A model generated the notes under the pieces. The model was not told where the DNA came from, searched no databases, and saw only the letters and a list, made by a program, of their open reading frames with translations. Below are positions 11,752-21,882 of a stretch of 64,000 nucleotides of DNA, piece by piece; the stretch's first letter is position 1, and each line of letters opens with the position of its first letter. A program made the position numbers and the translations under genes. This DNA comes from Candidatus Eiseniibacteriota bacterium. Lineage in GTDB: Bacteria > Eisenbacteria > RBG-16-71-46. The stretch is taken from assembly GCA_963744995.1 (NCBI GenBank), contig CAVUWA010000002.1, forward strand, positions 1,152,001-1,216,000, written 5' to 3'.

Positions 11752-13712
11752 GGCGCCGCGTCCGCATCGCGACGCTCGCGCTGTCGCTGCTCGCGGGCTG
11801 CGTGGCATCGCCGGCGGTCCCGGCCGTCCCCGCCGCGGCGCCCGCCGTGCGGGTCGCCCGGGTCGCGCCGCCGCCGTCTCTGGCGGGCGGCGCACGGGCG
11901 TTCATCGACACGTGGGGACGGCGGCTCGCCGACCCGGTCCTGGAAGGACGCGGCGCCGGCACCCGCGGGCTCGACGTCGCCGCCGACATGATCGCCGCGG
12001 GCATGGAACGCTACGGTCTGCTGCCGGGCGGTGACGACGGCGTGCTGTCCGCCGCCGCGGCCGGCGCGGCGCCGCGCGCCGCCGACGGCTGGTTCCAGCC
12101 GTTCCGGATCACCACCGGCGTGCGCGTCGCCGAACCGTGCGCGGTCGCCGCGGCCGGGCTCACGTTCGCGCCGGGAGACGACTTTCAGCCGGTCGGCTTC
12201 TCGACCAACGGCACGCTCGAGGCGCCGGTCGTGTTCGCGGGCTACGGCATCACCGCGCCGGGGATCGACTACGACGACTACGCCGGGCTCGACGCGAACG
12301 GGAAGTTCGTCCTGGTTCTGACCAACGAACCCGCGGAGCTGGACACCGCGAGCCGTTTCAACGGGGACATCAACACCGCCCATTCCGAATTGCGGACCAA
12401 GGCGATCAACGCGCGCGAGCACGGCGCGCTCGGGCTGATCCTCGTCGACGGACCGCTGCACCATCGCGGCGAGCCCCTGCCCGCCCCGCGCGGGAGCAGC
12501 ACCGGCTACATGACCAGCGGCCTGCTCGCGGTGCGTGTCTCCGAGCGGGTGGCGAACGCGCTGCTGGCCGCGGATGGAACGAACCTCGAGACGCTGCAGC
12601 GCGCGATCGATGCACACGAGCGCCCGCATTCGCTCGCGCTCACCACCGGAGCCGCGCTCACCGTGACGCTCGAGCGCACCCGTGCCGACATCCGGAACGT
12701 CGTGGGCTGGCTTCCCGGGCGCGACACCACGCGCACGATCGTGCTGGGCGCGCACTACGACCACCTGGGCTACGGGGGCGAGGGCTCGCTGGCCGCGGGC
12801 GTGGCCGCGGTGCATCCGGGCGCCGACGACAACGCTTCCGGCGTGACCGCGCTGCTCGATCTGGCGGCGCGCTACGGCGCCGGTTCCGCGCCGCCCTGCA
12901 ACCTGGTCTTCTGCGCCTTTACCGGCGAGGAGTCCGGATTGCTCGGCTCGGCGCACTACGTCGACCAGCCGACCCGGCCGCTCGACGGCGTGGACGCGAT
13001 GATCAACATGGACATGGTCGGGCGCCTGCGCGAGGGCAGGCTGATCGTGATGGGCACGGGCACGGCCGCCGAGTTCAAGGATCTGCTGGCGCGCGTCGAC
13101 GAGACGGCCGGTCTCGACCTGCGCTTCTCGGACGACGGTTTCGGACCGAGCGATCACTCGAGCTTCTACAAACGTCATGTGCCCGTGCTCGCCATGTTCA
13201 CCGGCGTCCACGAGGACTATCACCGCCCCTCGGACACCTGGGACAGGATCGACACCGACGGCATCGTGCGCATCGCCGACTTCGTTCAAGCTCTGGTGGA
13301 TTCGCTGGCGCGCCGTCCGCGCGTGACCTACGCCGAGGTCGCCACCGCGGCGCAGGGCGCGATCGGCGGCGGAGCCGGGCATGGCGCCTACCTCGGCACG
13401 ATTCCCGACTACGTGCAGACCGAAGGCGGAGTGCTGCTCTCCGGCGTCCGCAAGGGCGGGCCGGCGGACGTCGCCGGTATCCGCGCCGGGGACACGGTCG
13501 TCAAATTCGACGGTGTGCGCATCGACAACATCTACGACTACACCTACGCGCTGCGTTCGCGGAAGCCCGGACAGGAAGTGCGCATCACCGTGCTCCGCGA
13601 CGGCGCCGAGACCGACGTCGTCGCGACGCTCGGGCGGCGGGGCGAGGCCCCGGCCCCGGACGGCGCGTCGCCGCACACGAATCCCCACGAAGGGACAGGA
13701 GGTCATCCTTGA
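11748..13712 (+). CDS. M28 family peptidase with PA and PDZ domains, probable lipoprotein
   Basis: LLAGC lipobox-like; GAHYDH, GADDNASG, GEE, NMDM, SDH, YH; C-terminal PDZ; GTG overlaps the coaX stop. Confidence 0.9.
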   Translation: MRRRVRIATLALSLLAGCVASPAVPAVPAAAPAVRVARVAPPPSLAGGARAFIDTWGRRLADPVLEGRGAGTRGLDVAADMIAAGMERYGLLPGGDDGVLSAAAAGAAPRAADGWFQPFRITTGVRVAEPCAVAAAGLTFAPGDDFQPVGFSTNGTLEAPVVFAGYGITAPGIDYDDYAGLDANGKFVLVLTNEPAELDTASRFNGDINTAHSELRTKAINAREHGALGLILVDGPLHHRGEPLPAPRGSSTGYMTSGLLAVRVSERVANALLAADGTNLETLQRAIDAHERPHSLALTTGAALTVTLERTRADIRNVVGWLPGRDTTRTIVLGAHYDHLGYGGEGSLAAGVAAVHPGADDNASGVTALLDLAARYGAGSAPPCNLVFCAFTGEESGLLGSAHYVDQPTRPLDGVDAMINMDMVGRLREGRLIVMGTGTAAEFKDLLARVDETAGLDLRFSDDGFGPSDHSSFYKRHVPVLAMFTGVHEDYHRPSDTWDRIDTDGIVRIADFVQALVDSLARRPRVTYAEVATAAQGAIGGGAGHGAYLGTIPDYVQTEGGVLLSGVRKGGPADVAGIRAGDTVVKFDGVRIDNIYDYTYALRSRKPGQEVRITVLRDGAETDVVATLGRRGEAPAPDGASPHTNPHEGTGGHP

Positions 13713-14794
13713 CACGCATATCGCTGGCCGTCGCCACGCTGCTCGCGCTGGGAGCGTGCGCCGCGCAGGCGCCGGCGCCCCGCACGCCGCGGCCGGTTCC
13801 GCCCCAGGCGCGCGCCGCGGACTCTCTGATCCGCGAGGGCGAGGTCCATTTCGCCCATCTCTGGCAGCTCACGTTCGGCGGCGAGAACGCCGAGGCCTAC
13901 TGGTCGGGCGACGGCACCAAGCTGATCTTCCAGTCCACCCGCGACGGCTATCCGTGCGACCAGATCTACACGATGGATCTGTCGAGCGGGGACGTGCGGC
14001 GGGTCAGCACCGGCCGCGGCCGCACGACCTGCTCGTACTTCTACGAGGGGGATCAGCGGATCCTGTATTCGTCCACCCACCTCGCGGGCGATTCGTGCCC
14101 GCCGCCGCCCGACTACAGCCAGGGCTATGTCTGGCCGATCTCGGCCGGCTACGACATCTTCACGGCGAAGCCCGACGGCAGCGATCTGGTGCGGCTCACC
14201 GACACCCCGGGCTACGACGCCGAAGCCACGGTATCGCGCGACGGGCAGTGGATCGTGTTCACCTCCGTGCGTGACGGCGACCTCGACATCTACAAGATGC
14301 GCACCGACGGCAGCGAGGTCACCCGACTCACCGACATGCCCGGTTACGACGGCGGGCCGTTCTTCTCGCCCGACGGCCAGTGGATCTGCTACCGCGCGTA
14401 CCATCCGGCGACGGCCGAGGAGCTGGAGGACTACCGCCGCCTGCTCGACAAGGGTCTGATCCGCCCGGGGCACCTCGACCTCTGGGTGATGCACGCCGAC
14501 GGCACCGCGAAGCGGCGCGTCACGCAGCTGCCCGGGGCCTCGTTCGCGCCCTACTACGCCCCGGACGGCCGCACGCTGATCTTCAGCTCGAACTGGGAGA
14601 ATCCGGAAGGCCGCAACTTCGACCTCTACCTGGTGAGCGACGAAGGAGGTCCGCCGCGGCCGGTGACGCGCGACCCGTCGTTCGACGGCTTCCCGATGTT
14701 CAGCCCCGACGGCCGCTGGCTCGCGTTCTCCTCGAACCGCGGCGGAGCCGTGCGTGGCGAGACCAACGTGTTCCTCGCCGAGTGGAAGGAATAG
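13709..14794 (+). CDS. TolB-like PD40 beta-propeller lipoprotein
   Basis: LALGAC; repeated (W/F)SPDG units; GENAEAYWS, GYDAEAT, FDGFPMFSPDG. Confidence 0.85.
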   Translation: MTRISLAVATLLALGACAAQAPAPRTPRPVPPQARAADSLIREGEVHFAHLWQLTFGGENAEAYWSGDGTKLIFQSTRDGYPCDQIYTMDLSSGDVRRVSTGRGRTTCSYFYEGDQRILYSSTHLAGDSCPPPPDYSQGYVWPISAGYDIFTAKPDGSDLVRLTDTPGYDAEATVSRDGQWIVFTSVRDGDLDIYKMRTDGSEVTRLTDMPGYDGGPFFSPDGQWICYRAYHPATAEELEDYRRLLDKGLIRPGHLDLWVMHADGTAKRRVTQLPGASFAPYYAPDGRTLIFSSNWENPEGRNFDLYLVSDEGGPPRPVTRDPSFDGFPMFSPDGRWLAFSSNRGGAVRGETNVFLAEWKE

Positions 14795-14802
14795 GCGCGG
14801 CC

Positions 14803-16401
14803 GTGGCCAAACGTATCGAGTTCGACGACGCCGCGCGCGAGGCGTTGCGCCGCGGCGTCGAGCAGCTCGCGGGCGCGGTGCGCGTCACGCTGGGTCCGCG
14901 CGGCCGCAACGTCGTGATCGAGACGCTCGAGGGCGCGCCGATCATCAGCAACGACGGCCTCACGATCGCGCGCGAGATCGATCTCGCCGATCCGTTCGAG
15001 AACATGGGCGCGCAGCTCGTGCGCGAGGCGGCGCTGAAGACCGGCGAGGTCGCCGGCGACGGCACCACCACCGCGACGGTCCTGGCCGCTTCGATGATCT
15101 CCCAGGGCCTGCGCGCGGTTGCGGCGGGGCGGCACCCGATGGCGCTCAAGCGCGGCATGGACCGCGCCGTGGCCGCGGTCGTCGAGGCGTTGCGCGCGAC
15201 GTCGCAGGCGATCTCCTCGCGCGAAGACATGCAGCGCGTCGCCGCCGTGAGCGCGAACCAGGACGCCGAGATCGGCGCGATGGTGGCCGAGGCGGTGGAC
15301 CGCGTCGGCCGCCTCGGCGTCGTCACGGTCGAGGAGGGCCGCGGCATGCAGACCACGCTCGAACTCGTCGAGGGCGTGCGCTTCGAGCGCGGCTACCTGT
15401 CGCCCTACTTCGTCACCGACCCGGAGTCCATGGAGGCGGCGCTCGAGCGGCCGCTGATCCTGCTCACCGACCGTAAACTCACCCGCGCGGCGGATCTCCT
15501 CAAGCCGCTCGAGGCGGCGGCCGAGGCACGGCGGCCGCTGCTGGTGGTGGCCGACGACGTCGAAGGCGAGGCGCTCGCGATTCTGGTCGTGAACCGGCTG
15601 CGCGGCGCCGTGCAGTCGGCCGCCGTGCGCGCGCCCGAGTCGGGCGACCGGCGCGCCGAGCTGCTCGACGACATGGCGGTGATGACCGGTGCGGTGTACT
15701 TCAGCGCCGAGCTGGGGCGCACGCTCGACGGCCTGAAGGTGGGAGACCTGGGCCGTGCCCAGCGCGTGCTCGTGGACCGCGAGACGACCACGATCATCGA
15801 GGGAGGCGGCGTGCAGGACTCGATTCGCGGCCGCATGACCCGGCTCGAGCAGGAACTGCGCGCGAGCGACTCGAAGTACGACCGCGACTGGCTCCAGCAG
15901 CGTCTCGGGCGCTTCACCGGCGGGGTCGCGGTGATTCACGTCGGTGCGCCCACCGAGCTGGCGATGCGCGAACGCAAGGCGCGCGTCGAAGACGCCCTGG
16001 CTGCGACCCGTTCGGCGGTCGAGGAGGGGGTGGTGACGGGGGGAGGCGTCGCGCTGCTGCGCGCCTCGGATGCGGTGCGGGCGCTGGACCTCGAGGGCGA
16101 CGAGGCCGCGGGCCGCGATCTGGTGCTCGCCGCGCTGGCCGAGCCGGCCCGCCAGATCGCCGAAAACGCCGGCGCCGAGGGGCGCGTGGTCGTGGAGAAG
16201 ATCCTCGCCGCGCGCGACGGACAGGGCTACGACGCACAGATCGGCGACTATCGCGACCTGCGCGCCGCCGGCGTGATGGATCCGACCAAGGTGGTCCGCT
16301 GCGCCCTGCAGCACGCCGCCAGCATCGGCTCGATGGTGCTCACCACCGACGCCGTCGTGGTCGACGCGCCCGAAGGCGAAGCGTCCGGGGACGGGGAATG
16401 A
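14803..16401 (+). CDS. groEL: Chaperonin GroEL, divergent paralogue
   Basis: AKRIEF, TLGPRGRNV, GDGTTT, GYLSPYF, RVEDAL, DPTKV; GTG start. Confidence 0.93.
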   Translation: MAKRIEFDDAAREALRRGVEQLAGAVRVTLGPRGRNVVIETLEGAPIISNDGLTIAREIDLADPFENMGAQLVREAALKTGEVAGDGTTTATVLAASMISQGLRAVAAGRHPMALKRGMDRAVAAVVEALRATSQAISSREDMQRVAAVSANQDAEIGAMVAEAVDRVGRLGVVTVEEGRGMQTTLELVEGVRFERGYLSPYFVTDPESMEAALERPLILLTDRKLTRAADLLKPLEAAAEARRPLLVVADDVEGEALAILVVNRLRGAVQSAAVRAPESGDRRAELLDDMAVMTGAVYFSAELGRTLDGLKVGDLGRAQRVLVDRETTTIIEGGGVQDSIRGRMTRLEQELRASDSKYDRDWLQQRLGRFTGGVAVIHVGAPTELAMRERKARVEDALAATRSAVEEGVVTGGGVALLRASDAVRALDLEGDEAAGRDLVLAALAEPARQIAENAGAEGRVVVEKILAARDGQGYDAQIGDYRDLRAAGVMDPTKVVRCALQHAASIGSMVLTTDAVVVDAPEGEASGDGE

Positions 16402-16448
16402 CCGGAACGCCGGCGGCCGTCAGCGACCGGCCGGCGTTCCGCAGCGGC

Positions 16449-16637
16449 TCAGCGCCGGTGGAAATGCCGGCCGACCGCCAGCACGACCAGCCCCGCACCG
16501 AACAGGGCGAGCGAACCTGCATCCAGCTGCGGCGGCCACAGCCGGTCGGCGATCGGCCCCGGCGCGGCCGCATGCGCCAGATCCGGTGCCGCGAGCAGCG
16601 CGAGGCACGTAAGGAACAGCGTCGAATGTCGAATCAT
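16449..16637 (-). CDS. 62-aa exported protein with a PEP-CTERM-like tail
   Basis: Signal peptide to AHA, then PPQLDAGSLALFGAGLVVLAVGRHFHRR (Pro motif, TM helix, basic tail). Confidence 0.6.
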   Translation of the reverse strand: MIRHSTLFLTCLALLAAPDLAHAAAPGPIADRLWPPQLDAGSLALFGAGLVVLAVGRHFHRR

Positions 16638-16684
16638 GAGGGGCCACCTGAAAATGGTTCGAGAGACTCCGCATACGGGGCAGG

Positions 16685-16699
16685 GCAAGCACCGTGCCC
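16685..16699 (-). promoter_or_regulatory. Putative sigma-54 promoter
   Basis: Minus strand GGGCACG-GTGC-TTGC matches TGGCACG-N4-TTGC at all but the first base, about 48 nt upstream of the ATG at 16637. Confidence 0.6.
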
Positions 16700-16829
16700 C
16701 GCTCGCCCGAAATTCGTGCCGGGCGGTTAGCCTCAAGCAGTGCAAAGCGTTGCGAGCTTGAGCGGAGAATCGACTGGAGCAAGGCGGGTGCGGACTTCCG
16801 CAGAAACTGTCGGCTGCGCCGACGGCTGC

Positions 16830-17699
16830 TCAGCCGGTCAGCGCGCGGCCGAGCGGGCGCCGCTCGGGGAACGGCGCGAGCGAGAGCAGCTCGGGCCCGC
16901 CCTCGATCGCGAGCGGGGGCACCGTCCCGCCGGTGGCCGCGGCCAGGGCTTCGCGGCGGACCACGGCGATCCCGAGCCACGCGTCCGGCACCGCCGCATG
17001 CGTCGCACTGGTGAGCCGCCCCGCGAGCCCCGCCGTCCAGGCCAGATCGGCCGGCGCTGCGGGCGGCCTCCCGCGGCCGCCCACGAGCGCCGGCAGGCGC
17101 CGCACGCTCGCATAGGTGATCAGGCGCTGCAGCGCCTCCTGGCCCGTGTAGCAGCCCTTGGCGAGATGCACCTCGTCGGCGCAGCCGATCTCGTAGGGGT
17201 TGAAGTCCTCGTGGATCTCGCGGCCGTGGCGCGGGCGGCCGCGCGTCACGCGCTCGCGCTCGAGCAGCGCGCGGTCGACCGCGGGCGCCGCATCCACCGG
17301 CGCGAGTCGCAGACGGAAACCGCGGCCCTCGGGCGCGGCGCGCGGCACGCCACCGTCGCTCTCGACGCCGCCCGCGTCGTCGTCCGTCCACTCGGACCAC
17401 ACCGACCAGTCCGCCGAGAGGTCCTCGATGCGGACATCCTCGCGGAACACGTGGCGGTCGACATGCGCCGCGAGGTCCCCTCCGGGGGCGTCGTCGCGCA
17501 GCAGCCACACCGCGTCACCGGTCCGCGCCACCACCGCGCGATGGAGGAGGCGGCCGCGGAAGTCACAGAACAGCGTGGTGCGTGCCGCGCCCTGGGCGAG
17601 GTCTTCGAGCTGCTGCGACGAGATGCGCTGCAGGACGCCGAGCACGTCCCGACCGGTGAGGCGAAGCACGGTCGGACCGGACTGAAGCAAGTCGTTCAA
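16830..17699 (-). CDS. YgfZ/GcvT-like folate-binding protein
   Basis: LTGRD...LQRISS and KGCYTGQE signature; TTG start preceded by AAGGAG. Confidence 0.88.
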   Translation of the reverse strand: MNDLLQSGPTVLRLTGRDVLGVLQRISSQQLEDLAQGAARTTLFCDFRGRLLHRAVVARTGDAVWLLRDDAPGGDLAAHVDRHVFREDVRIEDLSADWSVWSEWTDDDAGGVESDGGVPRAAPEGRGFRLRLAPVDAAPAVDRALLERERVTRGRPRHGREIHEDFNPYEIGCADEVHLAKGCYTGQEALQRLITYASVRRLPALVGGRGRPPAAPADLAWTAGLAGRLTSATHAAVPDAWLGIAVVRREALAAATGGTVPPLAIEGGPELLSLAPFPERRPLGRALTG

Positions 17700-17872
17700 A
17701 CGGAACTCCTTCGTGCGACCGGGTTCAAGTCCCAACGTAAGTGGCGCGGGGCCAGGGGCGCAAGCCCCGCAGGCGGCGCCCGCCGGGGCGGTCCGGGTGC
17801 GCGCCGCGGGCCCGGCGCCCCGCGCGTTGCCGCTGGCGAGGGGGGAGCGGACCGGGCTAGATTGCACGGACC

Positions 17873-18937
17873 ATGACCGTGACCGCCGACTCGCTCGCCG
17901 ATCTCCTGCAGACCCTGGTCGACATGCCCAGTGTGACCGGCGACGAGGCGCGCATCGCCGACTGGGTGCGGGCGCGGCTCGCCGCGGTCGGCGGCGGCGA
18001 GATCCTCGCTTCGGGCCGGTCGGTGATCTGGCGCGGCCCCGCGGCCGGTCGGCCGCTGGTGGTGCTCGCCGGTCATCTCGATACCGTGCCGCCCAACGGC
18101 AATGCCGGCGCGCGGCGCGACGGCGATCGCATCTACGGCGTCGGCACCACCGACATGAAGGCCGGCGATGCGGTCATGCTGGCGCTCGTCGAGAGCCTCG
18201 ATCCGGGCGCGCTGCGCTTCGACCTGGCCGCCGTGTTCTACGACGCCGAGGAGGGGCCGAGCGACGGCAACGGCCTGAGGCGCGTGCTGGGCGAAATGCC
18301 GTGGCTCACCGCCGCGCGTCTCGCGGTGCTGCTCGAGCCCACCGACCTGCGCGTCGAGCTCGGTTGCGTCGGGACCATGAACGCCGAGGTGCGCGTGCGC
18401 GGGAAGGCGGCCCACAGCGCGCGGCCGTGGCTCGGCGTGAATGCGATCGGCGAGGCCGCGGCGTGGCTCGGCGAGATCACGCGCTTTCCGGCGACGCCCG
18501 TGGACGTCGGCGGGGTTTCGTTCAGGGAGACGCTGGCCGTGACCACGCTCCACGCCGGCCGCGCGAAGAACGTGATTCCCGACGAGCTGGTCGCGAACCT
18601 CAACTACCGCTTCCCGCCCGACCGCTCGCTCGAGGAGGCCGAGCGCCGCGTGCGCGCGCTGGTGCCGGAGGCGTTCGAGATGAAGGTGCTCGACCGTGCC
18701 GCGCCCGGCCGCGTATGCAACGACCGGCCGGAGGTGCGCGAGTTCATCGAGCGCTTCGACACGCCCATCGCCGGCAAGCAGGGCTGGACCGACGTCGCCC
18801 GCTTCACGGCCGCCGGGATCCCGGCGTTCAACTACGGCCCGGGCATCCCCGAGCTCGCGCATCAGGCCGGCGAGTACTGCCCGGTCGGGAACCTGCACAC
18901 CGTGTACGCGAACCTGGCCGCGTTCCTGAAGGGCTGA
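17873..18937 (+). CDS. dapE: Succinyl-diaminopimelate desuccinylase (M20)
   Basis: GHLDTV, DMK, EE, HSARPW, NVIPD, GWTDVARF, AH; dap context. Confidence 0.9.
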   Translation: MTVTADSLADLLQTLVDMPSVTGDEARIADWVRARLAAVGGGEILASGRSVIWRGPAAGRPLVVLAGHLDTVPPNGNAGARRDGDRIYGVGTTDMKAGDAVMLALVESLDPGALRFDLAAVFYDAEEGPSDGNGLRRVLGEMPWLTAARLAVLLEPTDLRVELGCVGTMNAEVRVRGKAAHSARPWLGVNAIGEAAAWLGEITRFPATPVDVGGVSFRETLAVTTLHAGRAKNVIPDELVANLNYRFPPDRSLEEAERRVRALVPEAFEMKVLDRAAPGRVCNDRPEVREFIERFDTPIAGKQGWTDVARFTAAGIPAFNYGPGIPELAHQAGEYCPVGNLHTVYANLAAFLKG

Positions 18938-18939
18938 CC

Positions 18940-20097
18940 TTGCGCGGGCCGCTGCATCCCGTCCTCGCCGAGCGCCGCGAGTATCCGTTCAGCGTGCTCC
19001 ACCGGCGGCTCGCCGAGCTGGCGCCGGCCGGCGTGCGGGTGATCGCCTTCAGCGCGGGCGACCCGCGCGAGGAAACGCCGGCGTTCATCCGCGAGACGCT
19101 GGCGGCGTCCGTGCCGGTGATGTCCTCGTACCCGAGCGCGGCGGGGAAGCCCGGGCTGCGCGCGGCGTGCGCGGCGTGGGTGAAGCGGCAGTACGGCGTC
19201 GCGCTCGATCCGGACACGGAGATCCTGCCCGCCAACGGCTCGAAGGAAGCGATCTTTCTGCTGGCGCTGGCGGTGCTCGACCGCGGCGGGCCGCGCGACA
19301 CGATCGTGATTCCGACGCCGTCGTATCCGGTCTACGAGGCCGCGGCGCGCGTGACCGACGCGCGCGTGCACCTCGCGCCGCTGGACTCGGCGAACGGCTG
19401 GCGCTTCGATCCCGACGCGGTCCCGGCGGAGCTCTGGGCCCGCACGGCGATCCTGTGGCTCAACTCGCCTCACAACCCGACCGGCGCCGTGCTGCCGCGC
19501 GCCACGCTCGAGCGCGTGCTCGCGCTCGCCCGCAGGCACGGCTTCTGGGTCGCCTCCGACGAGGCCTACGCCGACCTCTTCTTCGACGACCGGCCGCCGT
19601 CGGCGCTCGAGTGCGGGCTCGAGAACCTGATCGTGTTCCAGACCCTGAGCAAACGCTCGGCGATGACCGGCTACCGCTCCGGTTTCATGGCCGGGGATCC
19701 GGACCTGCTCGACGCGCTGCGGCGTTTCCGCCCGGCGGTCGGCGTGGCGACCCCGGACTTCGTGCAGGAGGCCGCCATCGCGGCGTGGAACGACGACGCG
19801 CACCCCGAGGACCAGCGCGGCCGCTACGCCGCGAAGCGCAGGCTGTTCACCGACTACTTCGCGAAGCGCGGCTGGCGCATCGAGGCCAGCGAGGCCGGCT
19901 TCTACCTGTGGTTCGCGGCGCCCGGCGGCGACGACGTCGCGTTCGTCGAGCGGCTCATGCGGCTCGGCCTGGTGGCGCTGCCCGGCTCGTTCCTCGGTGC
20001 CGCGGGGGCGGGGTTCGTGCGCTGGGCGCTGGTGCCGCCGCTTGCCGACTGCCGCGAAGCGATCACGCGGCTGGAGGCGCTCGGCGATGCGGGCTGA
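18940..20097 (+). CDS. dapC: PLP-dependent class I/II aminotransferase, probable succinyl-DAP transaminase
   Basis: GSKEA, NSPHNPTG, SDEAY, TLSKRSAMTGYRSG; adjacent to dapE. Confidence 0.8.
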   Translation: MRGPLHPVLAERREYPFSVLHRRLAELAPAGVRVIAFSAGDPREETPAFIRETLAASVPVMSSYPSAAGKPGLRAACAAWVKRQYGVALDPDTEILPANGSKEAIFLLALAVLDRGGPRDTIVIPTPSYPVYEAAARVTDARVHLAPLDSANGWRFDPDAVPAELWARTAILWLNSPHNPTGAVLPRATLERVLALARRHGFWVASDEAYADLFFDDRPPSALECGLENLIVFQTLSKRSAMTGYRSGFMAGDPDLLDALRRFRPAVGVATPDFVQEAAIAAWNDDAHPEDQRGRYAAKRRLFTDYFAKRGWRIEASEAGFYLWFAAPGGDDVAFVERLMRLGLVALPGSFLGAAGAGFVRWALVPPLADCREAITRLEALGDAG

Positions 20098-20181
20098 GCC
20101 GCCTGCCGGGCCCCCTCCGGCGTCTCGCGCCCGGCGGGGCCCGGGGCCGCTGCGCGTGGGGCGCGCGGGCCGGGTGACGTC

Positions 20182-20982
20182 ATGACACGTCGTGTCGCAC
20201 TCGCGGCAGCCGTGCTTCTGCTCGCGGGCGGCTGCGGCCGCGAAGCGATGCTCGATCGGTTTTCCTCGCCCGCGGACCAGGCGGCCGCGCAGGCCTACAT
20301 CGCGCTGCTGAGAAACGGAGACTTCGAGCCCATCGAGAGCGCGACCGACGTGTCGCTCCGGTCCGGTCTCCACGCGCAGCTGGAGCGCATGGCAGCGATG
20401 ATCCCGGAAGGGGAGCCCACCTCTGTGAAGGTCGTCGGGGCCCAGCAGTTCAGCGATGCGGATGGAACGATGGTCAATACGACGTTCGAATACAGCTTCG
20501 GGGAGGCCTGGCTCCTCATCAACGTCGCGCTTCGCCGTGCCGGCACCGATACGACGATCGTCGGTTTCAACGTCGTTCCGCAGCCGCGCTCCCTCGAGGC
20601 CCGAAACCGTTTCACCCTGGCCGGCAAGCAGCCGCTTCAATATGCGGTCCTCGGCGCCGCGGTGTCGGCCGTCGCGTTGACGCTCTATGCGCTCGTCGTC
20701 TGCCTGCGGGCCCCGGGCCTCCGTCGCAGGTGGCTGTGGGTCGTGTTCGTCGTGACGGGCGTCGGCAGGTTGGGGGTGAACTGGACCACGGGGCAATGGA
20801 GCGTCTTCCCGTTCACGCTGCAGCTGTTCAGCGCGTCGGCCTTCGCGCCGCTCTATGGCGCCTGGACCATCGCCGCGTCGGTTCCCCTGGGAGCCATCGT
20901 GTTCCTCCTGTTCCGGCGGCGGTTGCTGCCGGCGGAAGCCGGTGGCCCGGTCGCGGCGCCGGAAGGCGACGGCGCGAAGTGA
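20182..20982 (+). CDS. Hypothetical membrane lipoprotein
   Basis: LAGGC lipobox, soluble domain, then about three TM segments. Confidence 0.7.
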   Translation: MTRRVALAAAVLLLAGGCGREAMLDRFSSPADQAAAQAYIALLRNGDFEPIESATDVSLRSGLHAQLERMAAMIPEGEPTSVKVVGAQQFSDADGTMVNTTFEYSFGEAWLLINVALRRAGTDTTIVGFNVVPQPRSLEARNRFTLAGKQPLQYAVLGAAVSAVALTLYALVVCLRAPGLRRRWLWVVFVVTGVGRLGVNWTTGQWSVFPFTLQLFSASAFAPLYGAWTIAASVPLGAIVFLLFRRRLLPAEAGGPVAAPEGDGAK

Positions 20983-21068
20983 CCGCCGCCAGCAGGGGAG
21001 GCGAAGGGCCCGGGAACGATCGGCCCGCGGGCCGGAAGCCCGGCATGGCGCCCCGGGTCCGCACGCGG

Positions 21069-21746
21069 CTACGGTGAGGACAGCAGCGTCACGTCCGGCG
21101 CGGTGACCGTCGAGCCCGGCACCGGCACCGTGACGTTCTCGAACTGGTCGCCGAAACCCGGGGAACCGTAGAAGACCGTCCACGTCCCCGGCGGCACGCC
21201 GTCGAGCGCATAGGCGCCGCTGGTGTCGGTGACCGCGCACGCGCCGCCGATCCCGATCGCGCTGACGATGATGCCGTGATGATCGGCGCGTCCGGCCAGG
21301 AGCGCGCGGCCCTCGATGCGCGAAGGCGCGTGCACGACCAGGCGCACCAGCACGGAGTCGGCGTCGTTGGCCGGATCCATGATCAGGGCGTGGCCGCCGG
21401 CAACGCGGCCGTCCATGCCGCGGGTCGACAGGATCCAGGCCCCCGGGCGCAGCCGCAGCAGGGCCTCGCCGTCGGCGTCGGTATCGTCGTAGATCACGAT
21501 CGCCAGGCCGTTGACGTCGAACAGCGAGGTCGCCACGAGCGCCGCCGACGACACGCCCGCGCCCAGCGAATCGGTGACCGCGACGCCCACCGGGCGCGCC
21601 GGCGACAGCGAGACCGGAGGCGACGTGGGGGACTCGCTCGAGCACCCGAGCGCGAGCCATGCGAGGCCGCAGGTGAACACGGCGCCGAGCGCACACAGGC
21701 GCGGGCGCAAAGCCCGCGGGGGACGACTCCGTCGAGCGATGGACAT
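21069..21746 (-). CDS. Lipoprotein with carboxypeptidase-regulatory-like (beta-sandwich) domains
   Basis: LALGC; TDADGEA and TDTSGAYALDGVPPGTW motifs. Confidence 0.7.
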   Translation of the reverse strand: MSIARRSRPPRALRPRLCALGAVFTCGLAWLALGCSSESPTSPPVSLSPARPVGVAVTDSLGAGVSSAALVATSLFDVNGLAIVIYDDTDADGEALLRLRPGAWILSTRGMDGRVAGGHALIMDPANDADSVLVRLVVHAPSRIEGRALLAGRADHHGIIVSAIGIGGACAVTDTSGAYALDGVPPGTWTVFYGSPGFGDQFENVTVPVPGSTVTAPDVTLLSSP

Positions 21747-21882
21747 CGACTGATCATCGCAGCCTCCGGCGCGAATGTCACCTGCGCCCTTTGCCCGTGC
21801 CGCGTGCGGGAAACGCTTGGAGCACGAAGCGCCTTCGTAGAGAATCGCGACCCGAGCCCACTCGAACCCGAAGAGGAGCCCC

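Noticed and set aside
17721..17733. GGGTTCAAGTCCC, like a tRNA T-arm
   Set aside because: Only a 3-bp stem; no acceptor, D or anticodon arms and no CCA
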